A stretch of DNA of 57,163 bases, filler included, from Sphacelaria rigidula (Eukaryota): NCBI GenBank assembly GCA_964200075.2. It is 8 parts of 8 records of this genome, joined end to end, with 100 filler letters (N's around TTAATTAATTAA, not from the genome) between each part and the next. Parts side by side here need not be neighbours in the genome. Positions count along the whole stretch, not along the records: positions 7,159 to 14,216 come from CAXNAA020016712.1; positions 14,317 to 21,374 come from CAXNAA020016713.1; positions 21,475 to 28,532 come from CAXNAA020016714.1; 5 more parts are not named here. One strand, 5' to 3'. The notes below the pieces were generated by a model. The model searched no databases. It was not told the DNA's origin and saw only the letters and a list, made by a program, of their open reading frames with translations. Positions 10,750 to 21,910 of this stretch are shown piece by piece. Made by a program: the position numbers and the translations under genes. Each line of letters opens with the position of its first letter. The stretch's first letter is position 1.

Positions 10750-13030
10750 ACATGGTTTTCACTCATAACCCTGTGGTAAGAGGCTTAGAAATCGTAGATG
10801 GAGCGAATGCACACTTTGGCAGATCTGGCTGCTGTAATGCCGAGAGTTCAGGTATCTGTGGACAGGTACAATCTAGTTCATGAGCAGTCCGCGTACCTTG
10901 ATCTGTTTGCGTCGACGCACGTCCCCCGAGTTCCCCGTTCTTGAGACATACGATCCACCGCGCCGCGCCGCTCCCCGCGGATATGAAATATGTCTCTGCA
11001 CACGTCTTGAATCACCCCACGACGAGCACCTCGTAAAAAACCGCGCGAGATTCCTCGTTGTGGTGATCGAGATGTGCTTCTCCGGGGAGGGGGCGGGGGG
11101 TGTATGTATGTTGGTGCTTCTTCTCTTTTTTTTGTGGGAATGCGCTATCTTGAACTATACTGTGTGCTACAGAGCGGAATATAGGAAATCCCTGAGGTTT
11201 GTATCTGAGAAAAGGACTGAAAACAAGGCCATCTCGGCGTTGTTCGCAAAACCAAGAGGATGTCATTTCGCTGGTACCGTCATCGTGGTACACCAGGTGT
11301 CTGGTTGCACGCCAGCCGAGGCTGTCGTATCAACCTCACGCTTCGTTGCACGACATGGTGTCATTCTGCTGTGTCTGTGGTCTTGTTGCACTTGAACTTC
11401 ACAGTCACCGAGTGAAGAGTGCACGGAAGCGTGTACGTGATGCTTTTTTTCCTTGTTGGCCCGTTCGTCAGCGTTGCGGCTTTCCCCATTGAATCCAGTA
11501 CATTATGGAATGACCTTCTGTTTTTCTCCGTCGTGTGGATTTTCGTTGAGATCCAAATTTCTGTTTTATCATCGCAGAGCATATCTCAAGTCGTGCTGCA
11601 GCGAAAGCCATCCCACCAACCCCACGCCGCGTTTTGTGACGTGAGTTATGGTGCTAAATCAAGTATCGAGGTCTGGAAGAGCTTTAAAAAATCGTGCGGC
11701 GGCTCAAAGATCGCTGCCGCCCCGGAAATCTTCACAACCTGACGCGCAACGTAACGTGGTCGTACATTGTGCACGCGTGCGGGTCGACTTCAACCGCTCC
11801 AAGCTGAGGTGGTCTCATTCCTTCTTCACTTCGTTAGAGCCGGAAAAACCAAATCCCCGGGTCGGGGATGGAGTTCTGACGATGGAAAGCCCCGGAGCCG
11901 ATGCTAATTGTGGTTCCATCCCTACGGTTGTCACGGATCATTCATAGCGTTAGCTATCCCACTAGGGTGCAAGGGAACAAAATGCGCTGTCTGGTAGAGG
12001 TGAAACATGCTACCATGTGCTTTGCAACTCGTGAGTCACGATGCTTCGTACGTGTTTGGCATTGTGATTGAAACAGGTACAGCACCGGATTTCTGCCGCT
12101 AAATATTCCGCTGGCGTGCGTGTTGAACATTCCTTTGTGCTTCATTCCGTTCTCGGACAAGAAGATCATTCGTACGTCCTGGATGCCCGGAATAAGGAAT
12201 CGCCTGGAGCACAAGGCCATCGTACTACCCGACAGCTCGTGCTATAAGATCTGATTATTATGACGCCCCGCGTGATGAGACCTGAAACTGCGATTGTAAC
12301 GCTTGTTCCCAAAAGTATTGTCATGATGGAGAAATGTATAAGTTTTCAAAAAGCCTTTTTCCCTTTGTGCCGTGGAATTTTGTTGTAAAAAACGTAGCGC
12401 GCCAGCGATGTTTGCTGCGGCGTTTATCATTATTTTTTGTGTGAACCAGTCTGTTTTTCCCTTCGTTCCAGTAAGAAAAGCCATTTATGTTGGTTGGTTT
12501 GGCTCAGCCTGTTTAAACGTTTTGCTCCGCTTTCACATTGAAGGTCTTCATGATCGGTATGTTGAGATTGGTTTTGCGATTTCTTCGTGGTCGAATATAT
12601 TTTGCTTTTTGTAGATTCAGTAGGGATAGAATCCGGCCTTTACTCGGCGGATCTAACCCGAATATCCTAAATCCGGATGTCTATTCCATGTCCTTGTCCA
12701 AATAAGTGGATTGTCTGTTCCGTAGTCTCGATTGAGGGTGCCGTCGGTAAATCTCGTCGCTTCAATCGGGTGGATTTACGGATTCCGCTCCTTTTTTTAG
12801 GCCGCCTCGCCAGTACATGAACGTACCCTCGGGGATTTAGTGGTCCAGTACAGTGTGCTTGTAAGGTAGCACGACCGAGATGCACGTCGATGCGACTAGG
12901 GCAAAGCATGTTGGCACCCACGGAGTACAGTACCGGTTGTTATCCTTGTGTACCGCTCCCTCTGCCATTGGAATATTTTTGTTTATGGCCACGGGATTGT
13001 TTTTAGCGGGACATATTCATGGGGTATGAA
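10750..13030 (-). mobile_element. Highly degenerate Ty3/Gypsy pol fragments
   Basis: RT-like KNGELG...CVD...AKVCIRSIYDF*ASYHRV (~10770-10970), integrase Zn-finger-like SGHPGRT (~12175-12200) and RNase H end-like EYVP/KNNPVA (~12985-13020); stops and frameshifts; the order implies more than one element. Confidence 0.5.
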
Positions 13031-13808
13031 CAAGGGTTTCAGCACGCTACTTGATCGTATAGTACAGAGGGTCGTCTACCGCCTAGAACCAGTAGTAGCC
13101 TTGAGGAACTCGCTTCTATGCAACAGAAAAGTCTAGATGGGTGATTCGGTGATTCGGTGTTTGGCTTGTTCTGACCCCACGGTTGCGATTGCAGGTCTTG
13201 TATATTGCCGGGCACGCACGTTTTCTTCGAGTACGCATGGATGGTTCGAGGTGGTCAGAGTGAGCATTGGTCTACTGCTTCGAGTTGGGTATGGTAATAA
13301 TCAGCAATGGAGCACCTTTGCTGCTTTATAAAGATGAGGATTCAGAAAGACATCAGCGATCCGTTGCCGACACGACGATACCTGGCATTCAGTAGCATGC
13401 ATACGGCAGGCAGAGGGGCCATTTCAGGGATTTATTACATGTCTTTGTGGAAGACACCTCTTTGCAGTGACAGTCAGAGATTGATGTTACACATGTACGA
13501 AGAACCAGCGCATGTAGATGGAAGGTAAGAACGATCCGAAAGGACCAGAATACCGTGATCCTGTAAGGCCAACGATTACAGACAACTCGGGGTTATGCAA
13601 GGAAAATCCTGATGTCGGGGTGGCCGACTATCACCCGAGGAAAAGGGTGCACCGCACAGTGGATCACTAGTCTGACCCCTTTCTTGCCTACATTACACAA
13701 GAGGAAATCATCGCCAGCCTCGGAGTTCCCTTGCCATCAGGACGACATCTCCAACGACAGTCTCACCCGTAGGTCTCTGTCTACCCTAGGGATAAACCTT
13801 CCTCATAT

Positions 13809-13826
13809 TTGGCGACACCCGAAAAG
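13809..13826 (+). promoter_or_regulatory. Possible PBS of another LTR element
   Basis: ...cctca-tatt-TGGCGACACC follows LTR-like non-coding sequence; no second LTR in the contig. Confidence 0.3.
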
Positions 13827-14216
13827 AACTCGGGCAAGACAGACTACGTAAGGATAGTAGAGTTTACACCATGTCGAGGTAGAAACCGCCCCACAAAAAA
13901 ACTGGCCTACGAAGCAGAAGTCCCTTGGGGACCGACTCGGTCAGTTTCGCAACACTTCAGTCGAAGGACAACGCAAAGTCATCGATCGTCCACCCAAGTC
14001 TGTCGCCGCAGTCACGTCGGCCTCATCGGCAAAAGCTTCAGGTTCAAGAGACGCAGCTCAGGCAGCTACAGCCGCGTCGGCTGACGCTTCGGCGTCAACC
14101 CAGCTACCCAGCCACCGCGAGTAAGACGACAGCGACGATTGCACACGTCGGACAGATCAATTTCTATGCGATCCAGCTCCTACAGGTGAAGTATGAACAC
14201 ACATGTGTACCTGATT

Positions 14217-14316
14217 NNNNNNNNNNNNNNNNNNNNNNNNNNNNNNNNNNNNNNNNNNNNTTAATTAATTAANNNNNNNNNNNNNNNNNNNNNNNNNNNN
14301 NNNNNNNNNNNNNNNN
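14217..14316. other. Artificial contig linker
   Basis: Same N44-TTAATTAATTAA-N44 cassette. Confidence 0.98.
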
Positions 14317-14430
14317 GATGCGAGGTCAATGGTCTGATGACTATGGCAAGCATGATCATGAGTACACCCCCCCTCCCCTCGGCTGTTGAGGGGACCCCAC
14401 GGGAGGCGCCGCCGGAGGCAAAAAAATATG
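14317..14430 (+). repeat. Abundant dispersed repeat family
   Basis: ggtcaatggtc...ggcaagca...tgagtacacccccc; related copies at 4251-4291, 28395-28500(-) and 49861-49985. Confidence 0.8.
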
Positions 14431-14691
14431 CCATTTGGCTTTACATCTCTTCCAAACCGCGGTAAATTCTAGTCGCCTAGCGCCAGCAATTCGAGCACGT
14501 AATCGGTGCACAATATATATATATGTGTGTGTGAGAAAAAAAGAGATACCCCTTCACTTTGCGACGTGAATTAAAAATCGAAGCGGTGGGGCAGTAGTGC
14601 AGAATAATGGTGTTCCGCGTGTTCCACTATGCTCAAGGATTTCTAGTGGTACAACAGCTTGGTAACATTATTGAGTGTGACTGTATCAGCC

Positions 14692-14873
14692 AGGAAAATT
14701 TAACAGAAACCTCGACTATTTCTCATGCTTTGGGATCGCGTTGACCAGCCATCACTAGACGCTTAATGCTTGATGTTGACTGAGGAAAATTTAACAGAAA
14801 CCTCGACTATTTCTCATACTTTGGGATCACATTGACCAGCCATCACTAGACGCTTAATGCTTGATGTCGACTG
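14692..14873. repeat. Tandem duplication, 2 x 91 bp
   Basis: aggaaaatttaacagaaacctcgac...gcttgatgtyGACTG occurs twice. Confidence 0.9.
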
Positions 14874-15508
14874 AATGTTGTGTTGCTGAGATCGATGGGG
14901 ACAGCACCGCTGCCTAATGTTGCGGGCCCTGAAGGACATGTCGTCACCGTTTTCGTCACCGCAGCTACTGCTGCTTCTGCTGATATTATAATATATTGTC
15001 TGCGATATTCGTGTCTTCGTCTAGGTGTGTGCGCTGTGTGGTTATTTACTCGCCTCTTCAGCAGCATACCCGCGGTCATTGTAGTACGACAATACATCGG
15101 GAATATGGATTTGAGTATGACACGTGTACACAAAACGCTTTCGAGTATAACATACACTTGTATATCGGGTGAAATAACTGGTCTAACTGGTTACCAAACC
15201 GATCAGTTAACCAGTTGAATTGGCAGCCTGTTCACAGCACTAGAAACAATGGGTTTCTTGTCTCTGGTCGGGTTGTTATGGTGTCCTCGAACAGCCCGTT
15301 CACTTTTTGCGCCTCAATTAGCCTAGCCAACAGTACCTGTTGCACTGCACTTGTGTGCGGAACATTCCCAAGATCCGCCCAGTGAATGACCAAAATAAAA
15401 CAGTGACTAGACTGTTCACCTGTGGCATCTTGATTCCATTTATCCAATCACAGCGTCTAACCCATCTTGATTCCTTCCCCTTCCGTCGTCTTCCCCGCGA
15501 ACCAACAG

Positions 15509-15811
15509 TGCTGTGCAGTACACCGGCTTCACCTGTATGCCATTCGTGGGTGGGTTCCTGTCGTTTGTCATTGGAGACAGGCGAATTCCTATCCTGGGTG
15601 AATGGGTGTACCTCACCCAGTTCACGGCGCCAGCGTTTGTCATGGCAATCGCTGCATTGATATTGGCGGCCTTGCTGAAATACGTTTTCCAAGACAGTAT
15701 CCCCAAACCCAAGAAGAAAGGGAAGCCTTCAGAACCTGTGGCGGCTCTGGCTGCTGCGGAAGCATCTGCCGCCAAGTACCTCATCGGCGCACCTAGTGAC
15801 ATCTCGCTCAG
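15509..15811 (+). CDS. Internal exon, MFS transporter (MFSD8-like)
   Basis: Pyrimidine tract plus CAG, donor AG|GTACTG; AVQYTGFTCMPFVGGFLS...FTAPAFVMAIAALILAALLKYVFQD resembles TM5-TM6 followed by the central loop. Confidence 0.75.
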
Positions 15812-18034
15812 GTACTGTACTGTGTTTTGTTTGGAGAGAGTAAAGGTTACGAAGCAGTCCAGAAGCGGCAAGATGCAAATTACTGATACTGAGCAAGCAC
15901 ACTCAAATAACATGTAGAAACCTGCATCTTCTCAAGCTTCCTCAAGCGAGTACTTACGTTATATTCACCTTGGATGCGTCGTTCTTTTATCTGATAACCA
16001 CGGCTAAATACATTCCTCGAAGATCAGTGACTGTGTGAAATCAATAAGTTATTGAAGCAAAACTGCCGAAATCGCTGTCCAGCGCAGACACATGGGCGAC
16101 AGCGACACGAGAATGAAGTCAAAGACCAGCGAGTACCAAAGTAGACGTGCTGTGTGCATGAATCGTTCCTCCAATTGTTCGTAAGCAAAATAGCAGGTAG
16201 CACATGATATGTAGTCTATTCTGTATACATTTGAGTATGTTTCTAAAGGCACTTGCCCACATATAGGGCTCTCCAGGCGGTACTCCCCTCCCGTAACGGG
16301 TGGAATAGAAAGTAGATGCACAGAATAGCCCTTATGGCGAAGCAACTGAGTGGCCATTGTTGTTGCTTGTCTTCACATTAAAAAACCGTTCCAATATCTG
16401 CGCAGTACTCCGTAGGAAGCATCTGATGCGGACGACTTCCGGGTATGACTAACAATGGGGGAGCGTGAACTATACAACGGGGAGCAGGACGTGTTGAAGC
16501 AGATAAGAAACCAAACGAATGTCACATGAAAAGTTTGGTACATGAAATCATTAGATTGTTGGGAGAAAGCGATCTTTATACTAGGAGCTAGGAGGTACAT
16601 GGTGGCCACAACCGGCGAAACAGGAAGGGGTAGAAATATGTAAACATTTTTCAGGGAATATACGGCAAACATATGACGAGCGCCGGAATGTTGCCATGTT
16701 GCAGGTGTCCATAAGGAGGAAAAACGGTGCTCCATCTCGATGTGGATGCGTGGTCAATGGTCTTATGGCTACGGCATGCAAGATCACGAGTACCTACCGC
16801 CCTTCCAATGATATGTTTTGGTGTACAAACGTGCTCTTACCGAGAAGGGGAAGCATACCACGGCATCTTGTCATATCCCATCGTATCCTATTTTACGTGG
16901 CTACAGTATACATGGCTACACGAAACGGCACAGTTTATCATGAGAAATGCCAAAACAGATGTATCACCCCCTACTGTCGTGCCGAAAAAATGGTGGTTGT
17001 TTTGATATACGTGGGTCTTCTCGCTCACATGAAGCGCGGATTTTCCTGTGTAGTTGACGATTTGAGCGCCTAGCCTCGTTTCAGTAAATTGTACATTCCT
17101 ACCCCCCCCGGCAAACCCACAAAACATTTGCCTGGGTATGTTGTTGGGGGTGTTGGAGTGATACGGGGGCGATACCATATGGAAAATCCGCAGATAGACA
17201 ATTTGAGTGCTCTTTGAGTAAGTATCGCAGAACCCTTGTCGCTGAAGCAGCAATTCATCGGAAGGTTGTTGTTTCACGAACGCCCAGCATCAATCACATT
17301 TGCCACGCTCTTAGCTGGTACCAGTGCACCCGCTGGCGTGCGTGTGAGGGCACGATCTCGCACATATTGGAAGGATATGGTGATGTGCTGCCAAGAGACA
17401 GTAGACACACTATACAGGTGCAAGAGTAGATTTGTCTGTACCGTGATGCGTGCGCTGGTCGGTGGTACAGTATCGTAAGAGTTCAGCAGTAGCTGCTTGT
17501 GGCTGCCCGACTTGCCTAACTGTCCATCATGGTCGAAGCACAGAGGCCACCCAAGTGATGAGGGCGTGCCTGTACCACAATGAGCCACTGTCGGTGCCGA
17601 CAGCACCACTGCCGCGGCGTCCAAATGTACACACGCAACGTGCGGCAAGTTTGCGCCAAGCTAACGTGGCAACAAACACATGACTTAACGGGAGGTGCTC
17701 TCATGGCATCATCTCTTGTACAAGAGCGAGCAAGTTTCATCGATACCTCGACGCAGGCGCTGTTTCTGAATATGTTATTGGCCCTCTTCCATATAGCGGT
17801 TCACGAATGGCCTGCCCACGTGAGGAGTTCCGACAACAGCAGGTAAAATAAATGTCACTCCAAACATGAGTCTTTCAAGTCGTATCCCCGTGACGCATGC
17901 CCGAAATCCTCTTGTTGTAACAGCGGCGCTACGGTTGTCGCAACATTTCCCTCCGTATCCCTGGTATATGATGTCTCGTACCTCACTTTTCCCCTTGCGC
18001 CCCCATCCGCGCATATACCCATACATTAACCCAG

Positions 18035-18275
18035 AACGAATATGAGCGATGGGGACGACGAATGGCCGCCTGCCGAATTCCGGAGGAATGGCGACCACAG
18101 CAGCGGGCCGCGCGGTCTGTTCGTGGATTCAGACGATGAAGATGGTGATCGTAGCCGAAGGCCTTCCAATGCGTCCAATGTGTCGAACGTGTCGAGCGTG
18201 TCCGCCATGTCGGCAAACCAATCGTACGCACAGCTGCAGGCGCATTACCAACAACTCGAGAACAGTGTTGAACAG
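18035..18275 (+). CDS. Next exon of the MFS gene (hydrophilic central loop)
   Basis: CCCAG acceptor, CAG|GTACGA donor; phase-compatible with the 15509-15811 exon (AG|A = Arg); open frame ...MSDGDDEWPP...LENSVEQ. Confidence 0.65.
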
Positions 18276-18554
18276 GTACGAGCGATGTACGGTGGCTGCA
18301 GAGCGGCGGGGGCCAGTGTAGTTGGTCCGTGCACTTCATGATCGCACAGCGTTTGTCCTTCTCCGGCCGGGCTGTAGTGCGTCGCCAAAACAATTTGCAG
18401 CCACTTCAACTACAAATATTGATGTTGGTGCTCATGTTAGTGCTGATGCATACATCCAAGTGTTGACGTGCCTTGAATAGCCGTACAGTAGGTGACCCTG
18501 TATAGTGCGGGTGTCCGATATTGTGCGGGTGAAATCGCTTGGCACAACTCAGAC

Positions 18555-18588
18555 CCCTCTATAGTGCGGGTACCCGCACTATAGAGGG
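18555..18588. repeat. Perfect 34-bp palindrome
   Basis: ccctctatagtgcgggtacccgcactatagaggg is its own reverse complement. Confidence 0.95.
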
Positions 18589-19626
18589 AGTGTCTCCATA
18601 ACTCAGGTTTGGTACACTCCACGACCCAATATAATGCGGACCTGATGTCACCCCCGCCCCTAATGCTGTCACACCACCACAAATACACGCACAAATCACG
18701 CGCAAAACACAACCAAAGCATCAATTGGTGAATCCTGTGATAATTTTCGTACGACGTAGTAAAGAAGTGGAACGGCGAGAACAAGATAAACCATCCATGG
18801 GACCGTGCACACACAGCCTGTTGGTATGCTCACGGTACGAACATGTCATGTACCAAGTACGGTACAGCAGTACAGCACTGTCCTGCTGTACTGCCGTTTC
18901 ACCCGTGTTCAGGATGCGGATACGGTAATCATTCCTGCAATATACTGTCGTCTTCGCATCACGAGCAGGCGCAGGTTCCTCTCCGTGTAAACAACACACC
19001 CAACACCCTGTATGCCTTCATACACCTCTCTGTAGGCTGCCTCGTATGCTTTAAACTAGTGTAATTGTCGATACTGCGCCTTCCCGCACTATTGGGGGTT
19101 CTTCGAATTTTAGGTGTGCTTGGAGTCGAGGTTCACGCATCCATCGCCGTTTCTCGGTATCCTATCGCGCCACCGCTCGCCGGACCAAAAGATTAGCGGC
19201 TGAGCCGAAAGATCATGCCGCAAGCCTTCCCCCGTTGTCGGTTTTAATCCCTTGAGATCGATGACCAAACCGTCTGTTATGAGGCTGTCAGGCAGTACGC
19301 CGGCCGGGGGTCTAGTTCATAACGTGGTATGTGACGCGTCACTCAGGCTTGTCACGCCAGTAGCTCATCCCTCCGCGACTCTCGCTCTCCCTCCTCATTT
19401 CATCATTACACCACTGTCTTACCATATGAAAGTTCCAGAAGCCTCATTTAGATTGATGGAGAGCAATTTCATGTTTGGGTACGGATACAGTAGCGGATCA
19501 CCCTGACAAGAATATTTGGTTCATGTCCTGAGCAACATGAACAAGAGCTTTTCGGGGTAATGCGGGGCAAATACCTCCATAATCAGGGGATATTATCGAC
19601 CATCATTGGTCCAGAAAACAATTTTA

Positions 19627-19877
19627 TCACTCTAGCGCAATAAATGGGTAAAAACTCCGCAAAAATTTCGTCTACATTTTTCCACGATGATTGGGATTGG
19701 GTCAATCGAGAAAACAATCGAGAAAAGTATCGAAGAGTTAGAACCTGGGGCTGTGTTCTCACTCTAGCGCGATAAATAGGTAAAAACTCCGCAAAAATCT
19801 CGTCTACATTTTTCCACGATGATTGGGATTGGGTCAATCGAGAAAAGTATCGAAGAGTCAGAACCGGGGGCTGTGTT
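19627..19877. repeat. Tandem duplication, ~2 x 125 bp
   Basis: tcactctagcgc...gattgggtcaatcgagaaaagtatcgaagag...ggggctgtgtt occurs twice. Confidence 0.9.
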
Positions 19878-20903
19878 GTCGCAGGACCCCCCGAGGACCG
19901 GTCAGCCCGTCAAGTCGTTACAAATCTCGAACGCAGAAATGATTTATTTTCAGAATGTGGAATGGCTGCTAGTATATCCCGATCTCCAAACGTCTTTGAA
20001 CGTTCGATTTGATGAGCGTCAACTATGAAGAAGTTACCATTTTCACCCCATTCAGCCGATAGTTGCTGTATCCTGAACAACGCGGACTCAGCAATAACGC
20101 GGGTGATTTGAGCTTGTCGGTCTGTCCTCTTATTTCGTGTCCACTGTAAGAAGAAACAAATGACAACACCGTTGTAGCGTCAGCAGCTGGTGTGCTGTTC
20201 AACCCGCGCGCCCCAGGGGACACGATGAGTTGATACATTTCATCCAACGCCGAGAGACACGACGGGGAGTTGTGGAGACCGTCAGCAAACAACAACTTCT
20301 ACAGTGAAAATGTCGAAGATCGCTTTTTGAGGACTGCAACGACGACCTTATCGCCAATCCATTACGAAGCGGAAGAGTGTGACTAATGCGGGTTTGTGCA
20401 AAACATGGTATGATGGTCTGGCGGTGTGGGATTATCGAAGCAAGAAGGACGTTGGCAGTTGCAACCCCGTTGAACCGATGGTACAGCGTGGCTGTAGGCC
20501 GCCTGGGTTATTGAGCTCAGCCAATAATATCGCGTCGCAGTTTCAGAGGCCGTTATGATGAGCGTACGGGTAATTGGAGGTGTCAAAAGTCGGGGTACTC
20601 TGTAAGACCCGGTATTCGGCAGTCCGTACTCCGGGTACTTTGCATTCTCAGTACTTCGGACAGTCGGTACTCCGGATACTCTACTCGGCATTTCACCGGG
20701 TAGGTTGAGTACCAAACCGAGGATCATGAGTGCTTGATGCTCCGGGTACTACGGTGAAGTGACTACAACGGACCCTGAGGGATCCCAGAATGGCCACAGT
20801 TGAACGCTACCCGAACGATCTTGAAGTCAACAACCATTTTCCCACACGGACAAGCAGCATCTAGTTCATGCAACATACCCGACCGTGTCGCGAGCGAAGA
20901 CTT

Positions 20904-21139
20904 CACACGTCGGACGAGTTATTACTCGTCGAAACGAGTGCAATCGTGGATGTTTTTTATAACACAACTTTTTTTTCACAAATCTGTTTTCACAACGAGC
21001 AGTGACTCGAGTGCTCGCCCTATTATTTTTTCCCACAACAAGCAATGACTCGGCTGCTCGCCCTAATAATTTTTACGGCCAACGAGCAGCCCAACGAGTG
21101 CGAGAGCCACAAGTCACACTCGTGCTCGTCCGACGTATG
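20904..21139. mobile_element. hAT-like MITE (236 bp)
   Basis: 15-bp TIR CACACGTCGGACGAG / CTCGTCCGACGTATG (1 mismatch); flanks gaagactt / gaagatta (6/8, degenerate 8-bp TSD); internal ctcg/cgag repeats. Confidence 0.65.
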
Positions 21140-21276
21140 GAAGATTATATGATTTCGAGGTTCTTGATAAGCACTTTCCGCCTATGTGTTTGAGTCGTCT
21201 TGTTTTTTGCTCTCATGCCTCCTGCCGAAGACGCGGACCAATGATCCAATAGCGATGGAATGCAGCGCACAAGAAT

Positions 21277-21374
21277 CCCCCCCCCCCCCCATGAGGCAGT
21301 GTATACGCTGTGGCTGTCTCGCGAAGTGGCGATACCAAAAAATAAAGTAACTCATTGTAGGCTGTCATCCAAAT
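21277..21374 (+). repeat. Dispersed repeat (catgaggcagtgt...gcgataccaaaaaataaagtaactcattgtaggctgtcatcc)
   Basis: Related copies at about 40796-40879 and 49933-49985. Confidence 0.85.
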
Positions 21375-21474
21375 NNNNNNNNNNNNNNNNNNNNNNNNNN
21401 NNNNNNNNNNNNNNNNNNTTAATTAATTAANNNNNNNNNNNNNNNNNNNNNNNNNNNNNNNNNNNNNNNNNNNN
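21375..21474. other. Artificial contig linker
   Basis: Same cassette. Confidence 0.98.
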
Positions 21475-21910
21475 GATTTTAGTATTGGCGCTATCTCCCT
21501 CAGGTATTGGAATTACTAGACATGAGGTTTAATCAACGAAAAAATATGGGCCCAAACTTTAGAGTAGATGGGCACCTTCCCCTTGATTAGAAAATTAATA
21601 CAATATGCGGATCACAGCCCAACTCGTCTGTATCGATGAGATATTGCTTTTAGAGCTTAAATCCGTTTTTAGGCTGGCCCAGCTCGTATACTGATCCGGA
21701 TCATGAGCTAGCCCATCTGGCCGCTTTTTCCATACTTGCTCCCTATGGCGTTGCACACCGGGCACGCGGAGTGGCGCGAAGGTAGCGCTCTGGCTTTTCG
21801 GACCCCGCTGTCACGTATTTTGTGTTCTTGGACAACAGATTTGCGAGTCCCCTTCGATTACTTATTTTAGGTAGCTCATGAGCTGTCCCATGTGCGAAAC
21901 ATTGTGTTAC

